Below, piece after piece: positions 60,413 through 64,000 of a stretch of DNA of 64,000 nt. The DNA is taken from the NCBI GenBank assembly GCA_964270895.1, contig OZ185440.1; one strand, 5' to 3'. How positions within the stretch are numbered: the first letter of the stretch is position 1; each line of letters begins with the position of its first letter. The translations under genes were made by a program, and so were the position numbers. The notes under the pieces are model-generated. The model had not been told where the DNA came from. It made no database searches and saw nothing but the letters and a program-made list of their open reading frames with translations. This DNA comes from Podarcis filfolensis (lineage: Eukaryota).

Positions 60413-63400
60413 CTAGAAAGAGATGCAAGCAACATTACTAAAACTTTGCACTGGTGTTTATAAGCAACAGATCTCTTCTGCTTTAATAACCCATATGCCA
60501 TAGGTGATTAACAATGTGTTTGTTTATCCAACACAACCTCTTCATTTCTCCGTGAAATTGTTTCAAGCTGGCATGAAGCTGTGACAGAAATGATTATGTA
60601 GCGGAGAATCCAGCTCACAAATGACCAGTTGTTGACCTATGGTATAAATGTCACTACCCACACCCAAACAAACCCATGAAAAATTGTTTAGAGTTCCTCT
60701 AATTACCTGAACCCATTTTTTACATACTCAGTATCATGTTATCATGGCATCCATGATAACATTCTGGATGCCAAAAAAACGGTTTCGGATTCTCAAAATT
60801 CACAACATTTCATTGACTTACAAAATCTGTGGTTAAAAAAATATGGCCAGTTCATCTACTGTTCTGACTCATATTAATATTTTTGTAGACTTGGTATTTA
60901 TTGAAAATAAAATCCCCATTTCCCATAGGCAGATGTTCTATAAGCAATCTGCTTTATAATCTGATTTAAATAAAGGTATGTTTTCACAATCTATATATAA
61001 CTAAGGTGATTTTTTAAAAAAAGACAAATGGCTTTCTAAGGCAATATTACATAGTTATTCCACAGGATATCCAGGACATTCATCATACTTTTCAGATAAT
61101 CCACAAATTTAACAGATGTAATATGGAGGGTTTTTCTTTTTCTATTTTGCAATTTGATACTACAAACACCTACTTTGTGCCCTTGAATATCTGACCTGGG
61201 CAATCTAACTCCACTCTTCATGGCATACTGATCCTTGCCCATTGACATTGTAGACAATAGTGACTGGGGTACTTGCATGAGCTGAACATTATGCAGGACC
61301 CCACAATCTGCAATGTGAGCACAGCGCTCTTCCCACTGGTACTGGGAAACAGTACTTTTGTTGGTACAAATCACGCTCTTCTATTTAGCACTACAGTGCC
61401 ATGCAAAACCATGAGAGTCCTATACAGATATACAATGTTGACTAAAGCTCTTTACACTTACCCTCAACACCATTTTAACAGGCAAGCCATAGGTTTGGTT
61501 TGGTGTCTTAGCTACAACCTGATTATTGCTTTTTAATTTAATAATGATATATATATATTATTTATACCCCACCCATCTGGCTGGGTTTAAAAATGAATAA
61601 ACATGGAAAGTCAAAACAGATATCTATGTACATATGCATTCAGTTCTTCAGGAAAAGAGTAAGAGTCCAATGTCACAAAATATGAACACAAAATAGAGTT
61701 AAATTTAAATGAGTGAGTGAAACACAGTTTTGTGATATTTAATGTGAAAGCTGTGACTGCTATCTTAGCTAGAAATAACAGGTCACATTTTTTTTCTATA
61801 ACACATGGAGAAGGTTTAGACCAACAGTGCCCCAAACAGATCTTTTGCAAAGCTTTTGAATTACCTTTATTCTGCTTGATGTTTCAAAATAAAATCAGGT
61901 CTAATTTGAGAAAGGTGCAAGCATCTCATTTTACCTACCAGATTCAGGAAAACAACTGACATTTCTACCCCCAATATCTCTCTTACAATTAAAGAATTAA
62001 ACAGCACAAGCATTTAATAAACAATGTCTTCATGCTTCATGCACAGGATCACAATGTTTTAAGCTGCAGTTACTAAATCCATGCTATAATTACAACCCCA
62101 TTAAGGCAATTGTTTAAACAGAATGACATTCAAATGTCACTGGTATCTACATGTATATATGTCTATATATCTATCTCTATGTATCTAGATAGATAGATAT
62201 GTCTAGGAGGACACCGTAAGATGCTGTTTAAAACAATAGCAGCATTTTATTTTGGAGGAAGGCTTCTTTGTATGCCAAATACACTGCACACTGATTTACC
62301 AGAACAACCAATCAGGGCTTTAAAAATTATTTAGAAAAAGTTGAGACAGCAACTGCATGCCCATTCTCTCTGAATGTTGAACTGAAAAATAATTCAACTT
62401 CTGTGAAACTGTTGGTCACTCTTAGAACATATATTTTTCAAAGAAATCCTGAGGCCCTTTCTAAATCAAGTAGAAATACAGAGAGCTACCATTAGCTATA
62501 GGTCTAGCAACCTCAGGACGGATTCTCCTGTGGCTGTCATATTCAAGGTGCTTATAGTTGCTTCTGTTTTACAACTGCTTCATACAGTAGGCTGTTCCCA
62601 TATGGCCCAGCTTACCACATAGACTGGTCTCCATGCTACCCCCCCCCACCTCTGAAGAAAGCATTCCTGGAAGTAATGTGAAGACACCTATGCAGTACAG
62701 CTAATATATTTAACAAAAGAAATGTATGATTTAGCTCCTTGAGAGGGAGCAGCTGCCACTCAGAAGTTTCAAGAAGCCTTCATATGGCAAATGGATCATT
62801 AAAAGTGCCTATTAACAGCTATTAAAGATTTATAACCTTTTTTCTGTCCCCAAAGTCCTCTCTAGCTTAGCACTGCTACGAGGCACAATGTTCCAGTTTA
62901 GGCACAACAAGAAAACACCCCTGTGTCTTGCATAGACACTACACAAATGCAATACACATTATATTCTGGACTGACATTTAGATTATATCCTACTGAAATT
63001 TTCAGAGAACAAAAAGAGCTAGAAATAACTTTGCCATGCAGAAAGATGGATTTTGAAGTTCAAGTGAAACTGAGGGATTGTCAGATTAGTTATTTCATCA
63101 TGTTCAGTTCTTTGAGAACAGAACAACATGTTGGATGTAAATAATTGGGCATGTCTTCTGCAGCTCCAGTCCAGAATGCTGATCTGGAAAATAAGAACAT
63201 TATTGGATGCAGCATAAAAAGCTGCACACCACTAAAACAAATTGCTAAAGACATGGGATTCTTTAAATCCTGGTCACTAAGTATCTTTTAAAAATAAGTT
63301 TAAAGCTATTTTATACTATCATGCAGCAGAACTAGACCAACTTCACTAAGCTTGCAGTTCGACACAGAGTTACCTGAAAGTAAATTCTGCTCAAGAGAAC

Positions 63401-64000
63401 TTACTTCTGAGTAGATATATCTAGGATGAGGCTTTAAGATAATGTTTAAAAAAACACTTGCTGCTCATTTTAATTGACAAAGTTAGCACCAGAATGCCTA
63501 AATGGGGTTATAGCAGCATATAAGCTCACTAGGACAGTAGCATGCAAAAGCATTCCATTTACATTCCACATAATATATATCTGATGTACCATTACCTGTC
63601 TGCCCTGTGTCCATGGCTTTATAAAAAAATAGTACGTAAAAAAAAGGGGGGGGGAATTATAAACATAATCTGCTTCTGAAAAAGTAATAAATTGTTGTTT
63701 TCATGCTTATAAATCATCCTGGGAAATTTTATAGATGGAGTGGCATATTTGTTTATATTTGTAGATAAAAATGAAACTGCATATGTCAATGTGGCAAAAT
63801 TCTGTAGTTTAAAAAAAAATCCTTTCATTTACATTGCCATAATTCTAATATCACTGAAGCACTCTATTTTGAGAATGGTTCATCTTTGTTTATCAGGTTT
63901 TAAAAGCACTCAGATTTTTTATAGTAACAAAATAAATATTCACAAAATAAAACAGCTTGAGATTTATTACAAAACACAGCAAGCCAGAGTGGCAGTATCA

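Noticed and set aside
61036-61374. 112-aa minus-strand intronic ORF
   Set aside because: No homology, and its GT sites are not phase-compatible with the next MAST2 exon.
63088-63183. Good minus-strand acceptor (ttattttccag) followed by SAFWTGAAEDMPNY...
   Set aside because: No phase-2 donor before the stop and no similarity to recalled MAST2 exon 6 or the SHSHRAD microexon.

Overview
Vertebrate genomic DNA, most likely a squamate (lacertid-like) lizard. The taxon is inferred from Sauria SINEs and squamate-type L2/CR1/MITE repeats. The window is dominated by the 3' ~36 kb of a MAST2 gene (microtubule-associated Ser/Thr kinase 2) on the minus strand. I reconstructed 23 coding exons (60412 down to stop at 24885), all with GT-AG boundaries and consistent phases. 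They total 5323 nt (~1773 aa) and cover DUF1908, the AGC kinase, the AGC C-terminal segment, the PDZ domain and a long disordered tail. The 5' exons lie beyond the right edge. Positions 1-24,300 contain no recognisable protein-coding exon: only transposons, microsatellites, two assembly gaps and some enhancer/insulator-like motifs. There is no prokaryotic-type system (no CRISPR, operon, rRNA or true tRNA). The most interesting candidates are all inferences: a 99-nt poison exon in the DUF1908 region, an inverted Sauria SINE pair positioned to circularise six exons (808 nt), a 222-nt in-frame candidate alternative exon, and a CTCF motif carried by a hAT transposon. Comparisons to human MAST2 are from recalled sequence, not from an alignment run here.
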